A stretch of DNA of 64,000 nt from Pirellulales bacterium (GTDB lineage: Bacteria; Planctomycetota; Planctomycetia; Pirellulales; UBA1268), in assembly GCA_016779265.1 (NCBI GenBank), contig JADHNY010000005.1, positions 3,477-67,476 of the forward strand, written 5' to 3'. A model generated the notes under the pieces. That model did no database searches. It was given only the letters and a program-made list of their open reading frames with translations, and was not told the origin of the DNA. Both the position numbers and the translations under genes were made by a program. Shown here one piece after another: positions 27,909 through 37,403 of the stretch (position 1 is its first letter; each line of letters starts with the position of its first letter).

Positions 27909-28445
27909 TTAGAGGTTCATGCCGAGGAAGCCACCGGCCTCGTCGACATGCTGCTGCTCCTGCTCAAGCCGGGCGACCGCCCTCGAGAGATCGCCTGCGG
28001 CGATGTAGCGATCAAACTCAACCTCGACCGCTCGCTTGGCCGAGACGACCAGCCACTCGACTGCCGGCTGCGTGAGCCAGTCGCATGTTTCACGCTCGAG
28101 GTTAATGGAGAGATCACTCCCGACCGTGCGAGTATCGCTTTCATCCGTGAGGACTGTGCCTTCGACAGTGAACTCCACCATCCCGATAGCCGGATCACTG
28201 GTGAGTTGAAAACGGCAGACGGCATTGGTGAGATAGTAGGTGTTGCGAGCGCCGTGGCTGCTTATGGCAGCCTGGATCCGTTCGAGTTTCTGGCGAAAGC
28301 GTGGTGAGGCATCGATTGGGATATCGAGCCGACCAAGGCTTCGTAGCGGCTGGCAGTCGAAGGCGACATGCACCGCAGGTGGAGCCGCAACATCTTCAGG
28401 CACAGATTTTTCAGGCACAGATTGGTCACCGGCTGACGCGTTCAT
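27909..28445 (-). CDS. hypothetical protein (start uncertain)
   Basis: 178-aa ORF with consistent G/C third positions. The N-terminal SVPEKSVPED comes from a 12-nt direct duplication. An alternative GTG start is at 28373. Confidence 0.5.
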   Translation of the reverse strand: MNASAGDQSVPEKSVPEDVAAPPAVHVAFDCQPLRSLGRLDIPIDASPRFRQKLERIQAAISSHGARNTYYLTNAVCRFQLTSDPAIGMVEFTVEGTVLTDESDTRTVGSDLSINLERETCDWLTQPAVEWLVVSAKRAVEVEFDRYIAAGDLSRAVARLEQEQQHVDEAGGFLGMNL

Positions 28446-29538
28446 GATCCCTCCAGCGTATCCGAAACCAGCCCCTCACCAACACATCAGCTGGCAACAG
28501 GTCTGGTGGGTGGTGCTGCTGGTCATCTGCGGAAGTTGCCCAGGATGGGCCTCTGAAGCCACCTGCTCTCGACGGCTGATGGCTGTGGAATGGATCGTCA
28601 CTGTACACGCAGCATCTCCACGCGAAGCCGAGCAGGCGGCGGAAGCGGCCCTCGACCGAGTGGCGGCCATCGAGCGGGTGCTCTCTGACTACGATCGCTC
28701 CAGTGAGGTCTCCCTGTTGATGGCAGCCACTGCCGCCGAGCCAGGCCGCAGCGTTGCTGTCAGCGAGGATCTTGCCGATACGCTGCAGCGAAGCCTGGCG
28801 TTCAGTGAGATGACCGGCGGTGCGTTTGATGTGACCGTCGGACCGCTCACAGCCCTCTGGAGGCAGTCCCGCAAAACCGGCCGGCTGCCCAACCCTGATA
28901 AGCTTGCCGCCGCCCGTTCCGGCACGGGAAGTGAGCAGATTTCTCTGAGCCGTGGGCCTGCTGGCCCAGAGGTTGCCCTCGCCACGGCAGCCACGCGGCT
29001 CGACTTTGGCGGAATCGGAATGGGATACGCCATCGATGCGGCCATGTCGCTGCTGGCCGAACGAGGCATCGAGTCGGCCATGATTGATGCCTCGGGTGAC
29101 ATCGCTGTCTCTGGGCCTCCGCCAGGCCGTGACCACTGGCGAATCGCGGTCCCTCCACTGATGCGAAGGCCTCCCGACAGCGTGGACGTTGCCCAGGTGG
29201 TGGAGCCGGACACCCCAACGCTGGCCCTGGTGCATGCCGCTGTGGCCACCTCAGGCGATGCCTATCAGGCGGTCGTCATCGATGGAGCTCGGTATAGCCA
29301 TATCGTCGATCCTCGCACCGGGCTGGGCGTGGTCGGGCCCACCGCCGTGACAGTGATCGCAAAGGATGCGACCACGGCTGATGCCCTCTCGACTGCCACG
29401 AGCGTGCTCGGCCCTGCTGACGGGCTGGAAGTGATCGAGCAGATCGAGGGAGCAGCCGTTCGCTTCTCGTGGGTCGAGAAAGCGGCACTGCGAGTCGAGG
29501 CGTCGGATCGCTGGGAGACCTATCTCGAGCGTCCCTAA
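28444..29538 (+). CDS. apbE: FAD:protein FMN transferase (ApbE family)
   Basis: RRLMAVEWIVTV, DFGGIGMGYAIDAA, SGDAYQ and SHIVDPRTG. Hydrophobic leader with Cys (VVLLVICGSC). The listed ORF start at 28240 is antisense to the neighbouring gene. Confidence 0.85.
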   Translation: MIPPAYPKPAPHQHISWQQVWWVVLLVICGSCPGWASEATCSRRLMAVEWIVTVHAASPREAEQAAEAALDRVAAIERVLSDYDRSSEVSLLMAATAAEPGRSVAVSEDLADTLQRSLAFSEMTGGAFDVTVGPLTALWRQSRKTGRLPNPDKLAAARSGTGSEQISLSRGPAGPEVALATAATRLDFGGIGMGYAIDAAMSLLAERGIESAMIDASGDIAVSGPPPGRDHWRIAVPPLMRRPPDSVDVAQVVEPDTPTLALVHAAVATSGDAYQAVVIDGARYSHIVDPRTGLGVVGPTAVTVIAKDATTADALSTATSVLGPADGLEVIEQIEGAAVRFSWVEKAALRVEASDRWETYLERP

Positions 29539-29708
29539 ACCCGCCTGGTCGACCCATCTTCCCTCGCAGACACCCCGCTTCCCCCACTCTCCCAGCCGGG
29601 GCGGCAAACCTTGCCGATTACCCCAAGTATGCCGGTGAGTCCGCCGATACCAGATGCACGGGTTTCGCTGGCCCGTCGTTCCTCGGTTCACGCTGGCCTT
29701 AGCAGAGA

Positions 29709-31889
29709 GTGACTCCTCCCGTGATCCAACGCCTCACTCGAATCCCGTTGGTCATCCTGACGAGCGTTGCGATGCTGGCCAGTGGCTGTGCACCGCGACA
29801 GCCCTTCTACTTCTTCGAAGATGGTGACCTCTCGCACTACACCGGTGTGGTGCAGAAGCTGGAGTATCCCGACCTCGATCAGCAACCGCTCGACGAAGCG
29901 GCTGGAACGCTTGAGCCGTTCACGCTCTCGAATGCGAATATCGAAGAGATCTGGGAACTGTCGCTTGAGGATGCGATCCGGATTGCTTTGGAAAACGGCA
30001 AGGTGCTCCGCAACCTTGGTGGTCGCTTCGGCAGTTTTGGTGGACCGCGTCCACAGACAGGCGAGCCTCCCGTCTCGCTGCTAACCGCCCCAGAAGCGAC
30101 CCCCACGATCTATGACCCGGCGATCATCGAAACCGATCCCTTCCGCGGTGTAGAGAGTGCCCTGGCGAGTTTCGATGCCCAGCTCTCGAGCTCCCTCACC
30201 TGGGATCGGCAGAGTCGGCCACAGAACGTCGGCGGCATCGGCACCGCCATCTTCCAGCAGCAGCTTGAAGGCGACACCGGCAACTGGCAGTCGGGCATTC
30301 GCAAGACCACGGCGACGGGTGCCACCTTCAACTTCAGCCAGCTGATCACCTACGACAACAACAACTCGCCTATCAGACAGCGAGATGCCGCCGGCAACGT
30401 GATCGTGCCCTCGACCTGGAGCACCAACTACGACTTCACCTTCAACCAGCCTCTGCTGCAGGGCGGCGGCCTGAACTACAACCGCATTGCCGGCCCCGAC
30501 GCCTTCAACAACCTCTTCGGTCGTCCCAACTTCCGTGGCGTGCTGCTTGCCCGTGTGAATGCTGACATCTCGCTGGCCGAGTTTGAGGTCGGTGTCCGCA
30601 ACATGGTGAGTGACATCGAGCAGTCGTATTGGGAACTCTATTACTCATATCGAGCACTTGAGGCTCGTAAGGCTGGCCGTGACTCTGCTCTGGAAGCCTG
30701 GCGACGGGTACATGCTCTCTATGTGGAGCAGTCTCGTGGTGGTGAGGCCGACAAGGAAGCCCAGGCCCGCGAACAGTACTTCTTCTTCCGCTCTGAAGTG
30801 GAGACAGCCCTGGCGGATGTCTACCGCAGTGAAGATCGCCTGCGGTACATCATGGGCATCACCGCCAGTGACGGCCGTCTGATTCGCCCAGCCGATGAAC
30901 CGACCACAGCCCGCATCGCCTTCGACTGGCAACAGGCCTTGGTCGAGGCGCTCTCTCGATCTCCAGAACTCCGCCGTCAGAAGTGGCGGGTGAAGCAGCG
31001 TGAACTCGAGCTGATTGCTGCCAAGAATCTCGTGCTCCCGCGACTCGACCTGCTGGGAACCTATCGATTCCTCGGCATGGGCCAGGATCTCCTCAATCAG
31101 AACTACAACCCCTATGAGGCAGGTGGTGGGGACCCTCTCTTTGGTACCGATGCCTACTCCACACTCTTCAGCGGTAAGTTCCAGGAGTGGCAGGTGGGGG
31201 CTCAGTTCCTGATGCCGATCGGCTTCCGGCGGGAGCTCTCCACGGTTCGCAACTATCAACTTCAGGTCGCCCGTGAACGTGCTCGGCTGCAGGATGAGGA
31301 GCTCGAGGCGTCTCATGCCTTGGTGGAAGCTGTCCGCAACGTTGACACGAACTTCTCGCTGACGCAGACCAACTTCAACCGTCGTGTGGCGGCGTCTCGC
31401 CAGGTGGAAGCGGTGCAGGCGGCCTACGACGCCGGCACGGTCACCTTTGATCAGCTGCTCGACGCTCAGCGGCGGCTTGCGGAGGCTGAGGTCGCGTATG
31501 CTCGATCTCTCGTGGACTACAACCGATCGATCGCCCAGCTGCATTACCGTAAGGGCTCATTGCTCGAATACAACGGCGTGTTCTTGGCAGAAGGCCCGTG
31601 GCCAGCCAAGGCCTATTTCGATGCCCATCGCCGCGCCCGACAGCGTGATGCGAGCATCTACCTCGACTACGGCCACTCACAGCCTGGCGTCTTCAGTCGT
31701 GGCCCGATCACCCAGAAGTTTGAGTCGATCGGCGCAGACGCTCGTCCCCAGCAGCTCGAGCCACTCGACCCTGCGACCCAGGAACTCCCGCCGCCGGTCG
31801 AGCAGATTCCGGCACCCGTTGGTGAAGAGCCTACGCTCGCAGATCCACAGGCCGTCTCTGCTGCGTCACAGCTCCTGCTGCCCCAGTAA
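29709..31889 (+). CDS. TolC-family outer membrane efflux protein (long, 726 aa)
   Basis: Lipoprotein-like leader (LTSVAMLASGC). OEP-type repeats (LSLEDAIRIALENGKVLRN; ELELIAAKNLVLPRLDL; AYDAGTVTFDQLLDAQRRLAEAEVAYARSLVDYN). GTG start. Confidence 0.8.
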   Translation: MTPPVIQRLTRIPLVILTSVAMLASGCAPRQPFYFFEDGDLSHYTGVVQKLEYPDLDQQPLDEAAGTLEPFTLSNANIEEIWELSLEDAIRIALENGKVLRNLGGRFGSFGGPRPQTGEPPVSLLTAPEATPTIYDPAIIETDPFRGVESALASFDAQLSSSLTWDRQSRPQNVGGIGTAIFQQQLEGDTGNWQSGIRKTTATGATFNFSQLITYDNNNSPIRQRDAAGNVIVPSTWSTNYDFTFNQPLLQGGGLNYNRIAGPDAFNNLFGRPNFRGVLLARVNADISLAEFEVGVRNMVSDIEQSYWELYYSYRALEARKAGRDSALEAWRRVHALYVEQSRGGEADKEAQAREQYFFFRSEVETALADVYRSEDRLRYIMGITASDGRLIRPADEPTTARIAFDWQQALVEALSRSPELRRQKWRVKQRELELIAAKNLVLPRLDLLGTYRFLGMGQDLLNQNYNPYEAGGGDPLFGTDAYSTLFSGKFQEWQVGAQFLMPIGFRRELSTVRNYQLQVARERARLQDEELEASHALVEAVRNVDTNFSLTQTNFNRRVAASRQVEAVQAAYDAGTVTFDQLLDAQRRLAEAEVAYARSLVDYNRSIAQLHYRKGSLLEYNGVFLAEGPWPAKAYFDAHRRARQRDASIYLDYGHSQPGVFSRGPITQKFESIGADARPQQLEPLDPATQELPPPVEQIPAPVGEEPTLADPQAVSAASQLLLPQ

Positions 31890-31920
31890 GGCGACACACG
31901 AACGCTTCGCGGTCAAGGCC

Positions 31921-33066
31921 TCATGGTGCCCGCAGCAGCGGCAGTGCAGAGGCCTCGACCGCATCGTCAAACCGCTCGGCGTCGCCGCGGCGAATCGTTT
32001 CCCGCTGCACACGGCCCTGGGGTGTTGGGCAGGCGGTGAGATAGCCCGCAACCGCACGGCGGACAAGCGGATCGTCATCACCGAGCGTCGTCCATAGCGC
32101 TGCCACCTCATCGACCGCTTCCCACCAGCGGTAGCGGGCGAGATCGACCGTCGCCTCCGCCGCCGTCACCGGACTTGTCAGTAGCCGTGCTGTCCCGCGA
32201 GCAACGCGTTCCCTCGGGATCTCTTCACTGAGGCTCTCCCATGCAAACCGCAGCACCGCAAGCATCTGCCGCTTCACCACAGGCGGCGCTGCTGGCTCGA
32301 GCAGCCCCAGAGCGATGAGCTGCTCAAGGCCTGCAACGCCATCAGCCACCAGCACTCCGGCCAGGATGCCGTCAAAGCCTGCCCGGTAGTCATCCGCCGG
32401 CTCGCTGAGGATCTGCAGCAGTGGCTCGCGGCAGGCTGCCCGCTTCTCGGGATCGGCAGCAGCCACGATCCCAAGAGCGAGCCCATAGAAGCCTCGCCGC
32501 TGCTGCGGGATTCCCTCATCGCGGACCCATCGTTGCATTTTGGCCGCGGGCAAGGCATCTGCGGCATCACGAACGGCCTCGAAAGCCGCGGCACCAAACT
32601 CGGCAAACGCATCTTCCGCCAACAGCGGGTCGGGGTGCTCAAGCCAGCGGGCAAACCATCGCAGGCGTGCCGCCGCCGGCTGATCAATGGCGGGCGCTGC
32701 AGCCAGATAGCCCAGCTGGATCTCATCGGCGGGAATCGCCATCTGGCCTGCAGGCTGGTCGAGCCGATCAAAGAACACAGCCGCGGTCCCACGGATCGCT
32801 GTGTCGACACGAGCGATCACCGTCTCACCTGGTGCCAGCGGCCGCTCTCCAGAGAGGCATTGCAGCAGACGAAAAGGCTGCGTCATCACGCCATCGGGCT
32901 GCAGCGTCGCCGGGGCAGTGGCTTCACCGACCGCAACCGCAGCAGCAGTGTCGCGGCGCGCTGCCAACGGCTGCCCTACCGCACCACAGAATGGACAGGC
33001 GGTCGCCTCGCCGCTGATCGTGCTCGCCATCACCGCGGCCAGCACCACGATCACACGAGAGTTCAC
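31921..33066 (-). CDS. secreted helical protein with N-terminal CPFC motif (paralog B)
   Basis: Signal peptide ...STISGEATA followed directly by CPFCGAV. Collinear similarity to the 34348-35898 product. Its GTG start overlaps the upstream TGA (GTGA at 33063-33066). Confidence 0.65.
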   Translation of the reverse strand: MNSRVIVVLAAVMASTISGEATACPFCGAVGQPLAARRDTAAAVAVGEATAPATLQPDGVMTQPFRLLQCLSGERPLAPGETVIARVDTAIRGTAAVFFDRLDQPAGQMAIPADEIQLGYLAAAPAIDQPAAARLRWFARWLEHPDPLLAEDAFAEFGAAAFEAVRDAADALPAAKMQRWVRDEGIPQQRRGFYGLALGIVAAADPEKRAACREPLLQILSEPADDYRAGFDGILAGVLVADGVAGLEQLIALGLLEPAAPPVVKRQMLAVLRFAWESLSEEIPRERVARGTARLLTSPVTAAEATVDLARYRWWEAVDEVAALWTTLGDDDPLVRRAVAGYLTACPTPQGRVQRETIRRGDAERFDDAVEASALPLLRAP

Positions 33067-33647
33067 TCCACTTCCTCACCATCGAGTGAGTAGATCGCCA
33101 GATGCTTTCCATCTGGGCCAATCAGTTCCTCAACATGAAAGGTGCCTGACACCGCCACAGGGCGGACAGAGAAGTTGGTGCTTCGGCCGGGAAGCATGCG
33201 GACCACGATGCAGTCATAGAGCGCTGCACCTGGACCAAAACAACACTCCATGTTGTCCCGGACCAGCACAAACTGCGTGATGCCCTCCTGCTGAAAGCTC
33301 GGCAGGATGTAGCCGCGAATGCGGATTCGGGTTCCATCAAGCGACGCCACTGGGGGCGGGAGGAGATCCCGAGAGAAGGGGTCTCCCTTCTCCATCTCAA
33401 ACTTCACATCGTCAAAGGAGAGGTCCTGGAGCCGCCCGGTCGCCGCGGCCGCTGGGGTGGCCTGAGGCTGAGCATCGGGACTTTCGGCGGCCCCCTGCTG
33501 CTGACTCGCTGCCTCACCTGGAGCTGGTGGCGTCGGTGATGGATCGCCACAGCCAGCAACAGCCACGCTGAGCAGCACCACACTCAATGCCATCTCTGGC
33601 AGTGCAGCGGAGGATCGCTTCGACTGACTGTTAGCGAACAAAGGCAT
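33063..33647 (-). CDS. DUF3299-like lipoprotein
   Basis: Lipobox LSVAVAGC. C-terminal IRIRGYILPSFQQEGITQFVLVRDNMECCFGPG matches the DUF3299 hallmark as I recall it. ATG at 33647 overlaps the upstream gene by 17 nt; an alternative ATG is at 33596. Confidence 0.65.
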   Translation of the reverse strand: MPLFANSQSKRSSAALPEMALSVVLLSVAVAGCGDPSPTPPAPGEAASQQQGAAESPDAQPQATPAAAATGRLQDLSFDDVKFEMEKGDPFSRDLLPPPVASLDGTRIRIRGYILPSFQQEGITQFVLVRDNMECCFGPGAALYDCIVVRMLPGRSTNFSVRPVAVSGTFHVEELIGPDGKHLAIYSLDGEEVE

Positions 33648-34335
33648 CCTCAAGGTGATAGAGCACTCCGCCGTCAAGCGTTGAGGTGCCGGCGGGACGG
33701 ATCGCAAAATGGCCCGCAATCTTCACCAGCCTCGGGGTGAAGTCGATGCCCTCGGCATCCCGCAGCGTGACCAGAACCCGGTCGGTGATCTTCGGGTTCC
33801 CACCGAAGCAGCAGTCGCCCTGATCTCGCACGAGCAGAAACTGCACGATGCCTTCTTGCTCTGTGCCAGGGTACATGTAGCCCTTGAGCAGCACATCCTT
33901 TCCGTCTGCGTCGTACGCTGACGGAGGAACCTGCGTGGCCGGGTCGCCATCCAACGGCTGGAGCATCTGGTAGTTGATGCGGAGAAAGCCTTCAGGAAGC
34001 TCGGCGATGTAGATCTGCGTGAGGGTGGTCAGTCCAGCGATCAGCATTCCCAACGACACCACCATCCCACCAATCGCCAGCGGCGTGCCGACCAGTGCCG
34101 CAGGACGCGAGACGATCTGCCGCCAGCCGATGATGCCGACCACGATGCCGGCAAGCGGCACGACCGACAGCCACCAGTCGGCAAACGCGAGCGGTGAGAG
34201 CACTGCCAACACCAGGCTCCCAATCGCCCAGCCACTGACTGCGCGGTACCCCCCAGCGTCTTCTGGAACAGACTGCTGGTCATCGGGGGTTGTGACGTTG
34301 TCAAACAGGCCAGTGGCCATCACCGCTTCTCCCAC
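33631..34335 (-). CDS. polytopic membrane protein with C-terminal DUF3299-like domain
   Basis: Three to four hydrophobic helices, then VLLKGYMYPGTEQEGIVQFLLVRDQGDCCFGGNP. Paralogous to the downstream gene. Confidence 0.65.
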   Translation of the reverse strand: MGEAVMATGLFDNVTTPDDQQSVPEDAGGYRAVSGWAIGSLVLAVLSPLAFADWWLSVVPLAGIVVGIIGWRQIVSRPAALVGTPLAIGGMVVSLGMLIAGLTTLTQIYIAELPEGFLRINYQMLQPLDGDPATQVPPSAYDADGKDVLLKGYMYPGTEQEGIVQFLLVRDQGDCCFGGNPKITDRVLVTLRDAEGIDFTPRLVKIAGHFAIRPAGTSTLDGGVLYHLEDAFVR

Positions 34336-34347
34336 ACCCCAGGCGTC

Positions 34348-35898
34348 CTACCGCTGCACCGAACCAGCCCGTGGACGCATCACCGCACGGGCCAACATGC
34401 CAACCGCCACCACGATCACTGCCCAGAGCATCCAACGCCCCCAGTCCACCGATGTGTCCGCGACGTCGGGAGCGGTTTCTGGGCCTGCTGATCCGCCACC
34501 CGCGGTCTCCCCATCCGTCTCGACCGCGATCGAAGGATCGATCGCTGGCGTGGCATCCGTGGCGTCGGTGTCGCCCAGCACGGGCGGCACCTGACTGATC
34601 AGATCGGCCTCACTGCCCGTCGCAGCTGTCGAGTCACCCGATCCCTCCGCGGGAGTCGCAGTCGCTTCATTAGGAGCACTGGGGCCCGGTGGTGCGAAGC
34701 CTCCGGCAAATCCCGCCAGTGTGGCCGCCCGTCGCACCGCCTCAGGATCAATCTCCTCACAGCGTGCCAACGCGGCCTCCGCCTCAGGCAGTGGGCAGGC
34801 CCTCAGGTAGTTCACCACCGGCTCGCGGACAAAGATGTTGTCGGTGCCAGCCTCTGCAAACAGCGTCGTCAGCGTGTCGACCACCGACCAGTCCTGCCAG
34901 CGGGCGAGATCCGCAATCACCAGGTCAGCGAGCTTGGGCTCCGCTAGCAGCAGCCGCAGCGACGCGAGCACCCGCTCCCGCGGCACAATCTCGCTCTCCT
35001 CCCCAAGAAACCGCAGCGCCATCACCGCAGCGTAGGTTTCGGTGAAGGGAACATCGCGGTCACCCCGCTTCAGGAACAACTGGTCCACAAGATCAAGCCC
35101 TTCGCCACCCAGCAGTGTGACGTAGCAGGCGATCAGGGCATCGAGGCCCGTTCGCACATCAGGATTGATCGCATCGCCCGAGTGATCCTGAAGGATCGTG
35201 GCGATCGCTGTCGCATCCTCCGCAGTGCCGCAGACACCGAGCATCGTCGCATACAGGCGTCGCCGATTGGCCTGCACGTCAGGATCCTGAATCCAGCCGA
35301 GCAGCGTCGTGGCATTCATGCGGTCCTTGAGTCCACGGACATCGTCATAGGGAGCCACCGCAAACTCGTCGTAGGCATCACGGGCCAGGATGGCGTCGGT
35401 GTCTTCGAGGTAGTCCTGAAAAAAGGCCAGGCGATCTGGACCACCGGCAGGCAGCCCCGGCAGTTCGAGCAGATAGTCCACCACCCGCTCGTTGATTGCG
35501 ATCGGGCTCGACCAGACCAGGTCTGGGGGCTCAATGCCAAGCAGAAGAAACAGTGAGCCAACGGGCTTGTCTTCCAGTAGGATCGCTTCAATCTCAGTGG
35601 CCTCGCCGACCGCCTGCTGTTCCACGAGGTCTGTCCCCTTTAAGACCTGGTCGACTTCAAAGACGCCCTTGGGTAGAGGGCCATCGGCCACGGGGCTCAA
35701 CGCAGCCGCCGGCGGCGGTGTGACCAAGCGGGCCACCACAGCTGCGGCACTCTGCTCGATCTCCTGCGAAAAGGTCAGCGAAACCGCCGAGCAGAAGGGA
35801 CAGGCCCGTGCGATCCCGGGCGCAGTTCCCACGGTGAGGATCAGGGCGAGCGTCATCAGCAGTCGGACAACCGACCGACGGGAATGCTGCGAATGCAT
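34348..35898 (-). CDS. secreted helical protein with N-terminal CPFC motif, acidic linker and C-terminal TM anchor (paralog A)
   Basis: ATG at 35898 with GGAG about 10 nt upstream. Leader MHSQHSRRSVVRLLMTLALILTVGTAPGIARA is followed by CPFCSAV. Asp/Thr/Gly-rich tail and a terminal TM helix (WMLWAVIVVAVGMLA). The listed ORF (to 36246) overlaps the permease gene. Confidence 0.65.
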   Translation of the reverse strand: MHSQHSRRSVVRLLMTLALILTVGTAPGIARACPFCSAVSLTFSQEIEQSAAAVVARLVTPPPAAALSPVADGPLPKGVFEVDQVLKGTDLVEQQAVGEATEIEAILLEDKPVGSLFLLLGIEPPDLVWSSPIAINERVVDYLLELPGLPAGGPDRLAFFQDYLEDTDAILARDAYDEFAVAPYDDVRGLKDRMNATTLLGWIQDPDVQANRRRLYATMLGVCGTAEDATAIATILQDHSGDAINPDVRTGLDALIACYVTLLGGEGLDLVDQLFLKRGDRDVPFTETYAAVMALRFLGEESEIVPRERVLASLRLLLAEPKLADLVIADLARWQDWSVVDTLTTLFAEAGTDNIFVREPVVNYLRACPLPEAEAALARCEEIDPEAVRRAATLAGFAGGFAPPGPSAPNEATATPAEGSGDSTAATGSEADLISQVPPVLGDTDATDATPAIDPSIAVETDGETAGGGSAGPETAPDVADTSVDWGRWMLWAVIVVAVGMLARAVMRPRAGSVQR

Positions 35899-36038
35899 AG
35901 AACTTCTCCGGGGCGCGAACCGCTTCAGTTTAGGCCATCGGCTGGAGGACCGCTGCGACTGGTGCGGGGGAATTTTAGGTCGCATCCCTTGCCAGCAGAG
36001 GCCCAGTGGCACCAGGGACACACCGACGACCACTCGGC

Positions 36039-37403
36039 TCACCCACCTCGCTGCAGCCAGCGAGCCACATCGGTGCGGTAGGCCATGACCGCGGGAAGCA
36101 GCCCCGCCGCGACCGCCAACGCAATCAAAAAAGGCACCAGCAGCAGTTCTGCCCCGGGGGCTGCCGAGAGCACACTCGCCGAGACACCTGCGTTTGTGGC
36201 GATCCAAGGGCCGATCGCACCGACCACCAGGTGACCCAACGCCCATCCTGTCAGACCGCCACAGCCGGCCAGCAGCACGGCCTCCAAGAGCACCGTCAGC
36301 AAGACATGCGAGCGGCGTGCACCCAGTGCCCGCATGATGGCCACATCACGGGTTCTCTCCAGCGAAGAGCCGACCATGCTCACCAGAATGCCGACTGCAG
36401 AAACAATCACCACCAGCACGGTGATCAGGAGCAGCAGTCGCTCAAGCGGCCAGACAAACAGGTCGAGCAGCTGACGGATCTCGCCAATCGGCAGCACCGC
36501 CTGCCCATCGGACCCTTCGTTGATCACTGTCCGCATGCCCATCGAGGTCAACTCCGGTGGAAGCCCGGGCAGGCTGGCAGTCTTTACCAGGATCGAGGTC
36601 ACCTCTCGCTGTGCCTCGGGAAGTGGCTGTGGTCCAGAAGACGCGTTGTCACTCGCGGCGGTGGCATCCACGGCAGCATCAGCGGAGGCTGCCGCCAGGA
36701 GTGCTTCTTCCTCCTCGTCGTCGAGAGGCTTGGCATGCCCCTCCTGGAGATAAAAGCCTTCCATGTTCACAAACACGCCACGGTCAATCGGCGTGTCGGT
36801 CGCGGCCACGATGCCCACCACGACAAACGGATCATGCTCTGGTCCGTCATCGGCACCATGCGTCGGCTTGATCGCATCGCCAACCGCAAGGCCTGTGTCA
36901 GCTGCCACTGACGCGCCGAGCACCGCCTCAAAGAAGTTAGCGTCTTCGAGGTTGCGACCGTCGGCAAACGCAAAGGGTGTGCCTCGACTACGCGTGAGTT
37001 TTCCGAACAGATCAGCGTTGGTGCCGATCACTCGGTAGCCGCGGTAGTAGTCGCCCATGCAGATTGGCACAGCCACTTCGACGCTCGAGGCGAAGTCGCC
37101 ATCTTCACCATCGCTGCGGCGACTGGCTGGCTGGAAGTCTGAGTAAAACTCCCAGGAGATGTTTTCGATCGGCTTGCTGATGTAGTAGACGCTGTTGAGC
37201 ACCAGCTGCAGCGGGCTGCCTTTGGCTCCCACAATCATGTTGTAGCCGAGGCCCGTTCCCGACTCGAACGCCTGCCGCACAATCCCTCCGGTAATCAGCG
37301 TGGCCACGACAAGGCCCACACCCAACGCCAGCGAGAAGACGGTCAGACTGCTGGTCAAGGTTCGCTGCCGAATGTTTCGCCAGGCGATTCCCAGAAGCGT
37401 CAT
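36039..37403 (-). CDS. ABC transporter permease, FtsX/MacB type
   Basis: TM1, a roughly 250-aa periplasmic domain, then three C-terminal TM helices of the FtsX pattern (RDVAIMRALGARRSHV...). ATGA overlap with the ATPase gene. Confidence 0.85.
   Translation of the reverse strand: MTLLGIAWRNIRQRTLTSSLTVFSLALGVGLVVATLITGGIVRQAFESGTGLGYNMIVGAKGSPLQLVLNSVYYISKPIENISWEFYSDFQPASRRSDGEDGDFASSVEVAVPICMGDYYRGYRVIGTNADLFGKLTRSRGTPFAFADGRNLEDANFFEAVLGASVAADTGLAVGDAIKPTHGADDGPEHDPFVVVGIVAATDTPIDRGVFVNMEGFYLQEGHAKPLDDEEEEALLAAASADAAVDATAASDNASSGPQPLPEAQREVTSILVKTASLPGLPPELTSMGMRTVINEGSDGQAVLPIGEIRQLLDLFVWPLERLLLLITVLVVIVSAVGILVSMVGSSLERTRDVAIMRALGARRSHVLLTVLLEAVLLAGCGGLTGWALGHLVVGAIGPWIATNAGVSASVLSAAPGAELLLVPFLIALAVAAGLLPAVMAYRTDVARWLQRGG

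Noticed and set aside
25643-31544. ORFs 25643-26545 (-), 26606-27247 (-), 27244-27888 (-), 28426-29235 (-) and 30645-31544 (-)
   Set aside because: They are antisense to the S41 peptidase, rsmG, apbE and the TolC-family gene respectively.
36006-36911. 301-aa plus-strand ORF
   Set aside because: It is antisense to the FtsX-type permease, with a His/Arg/Gln-rich shadow composition.
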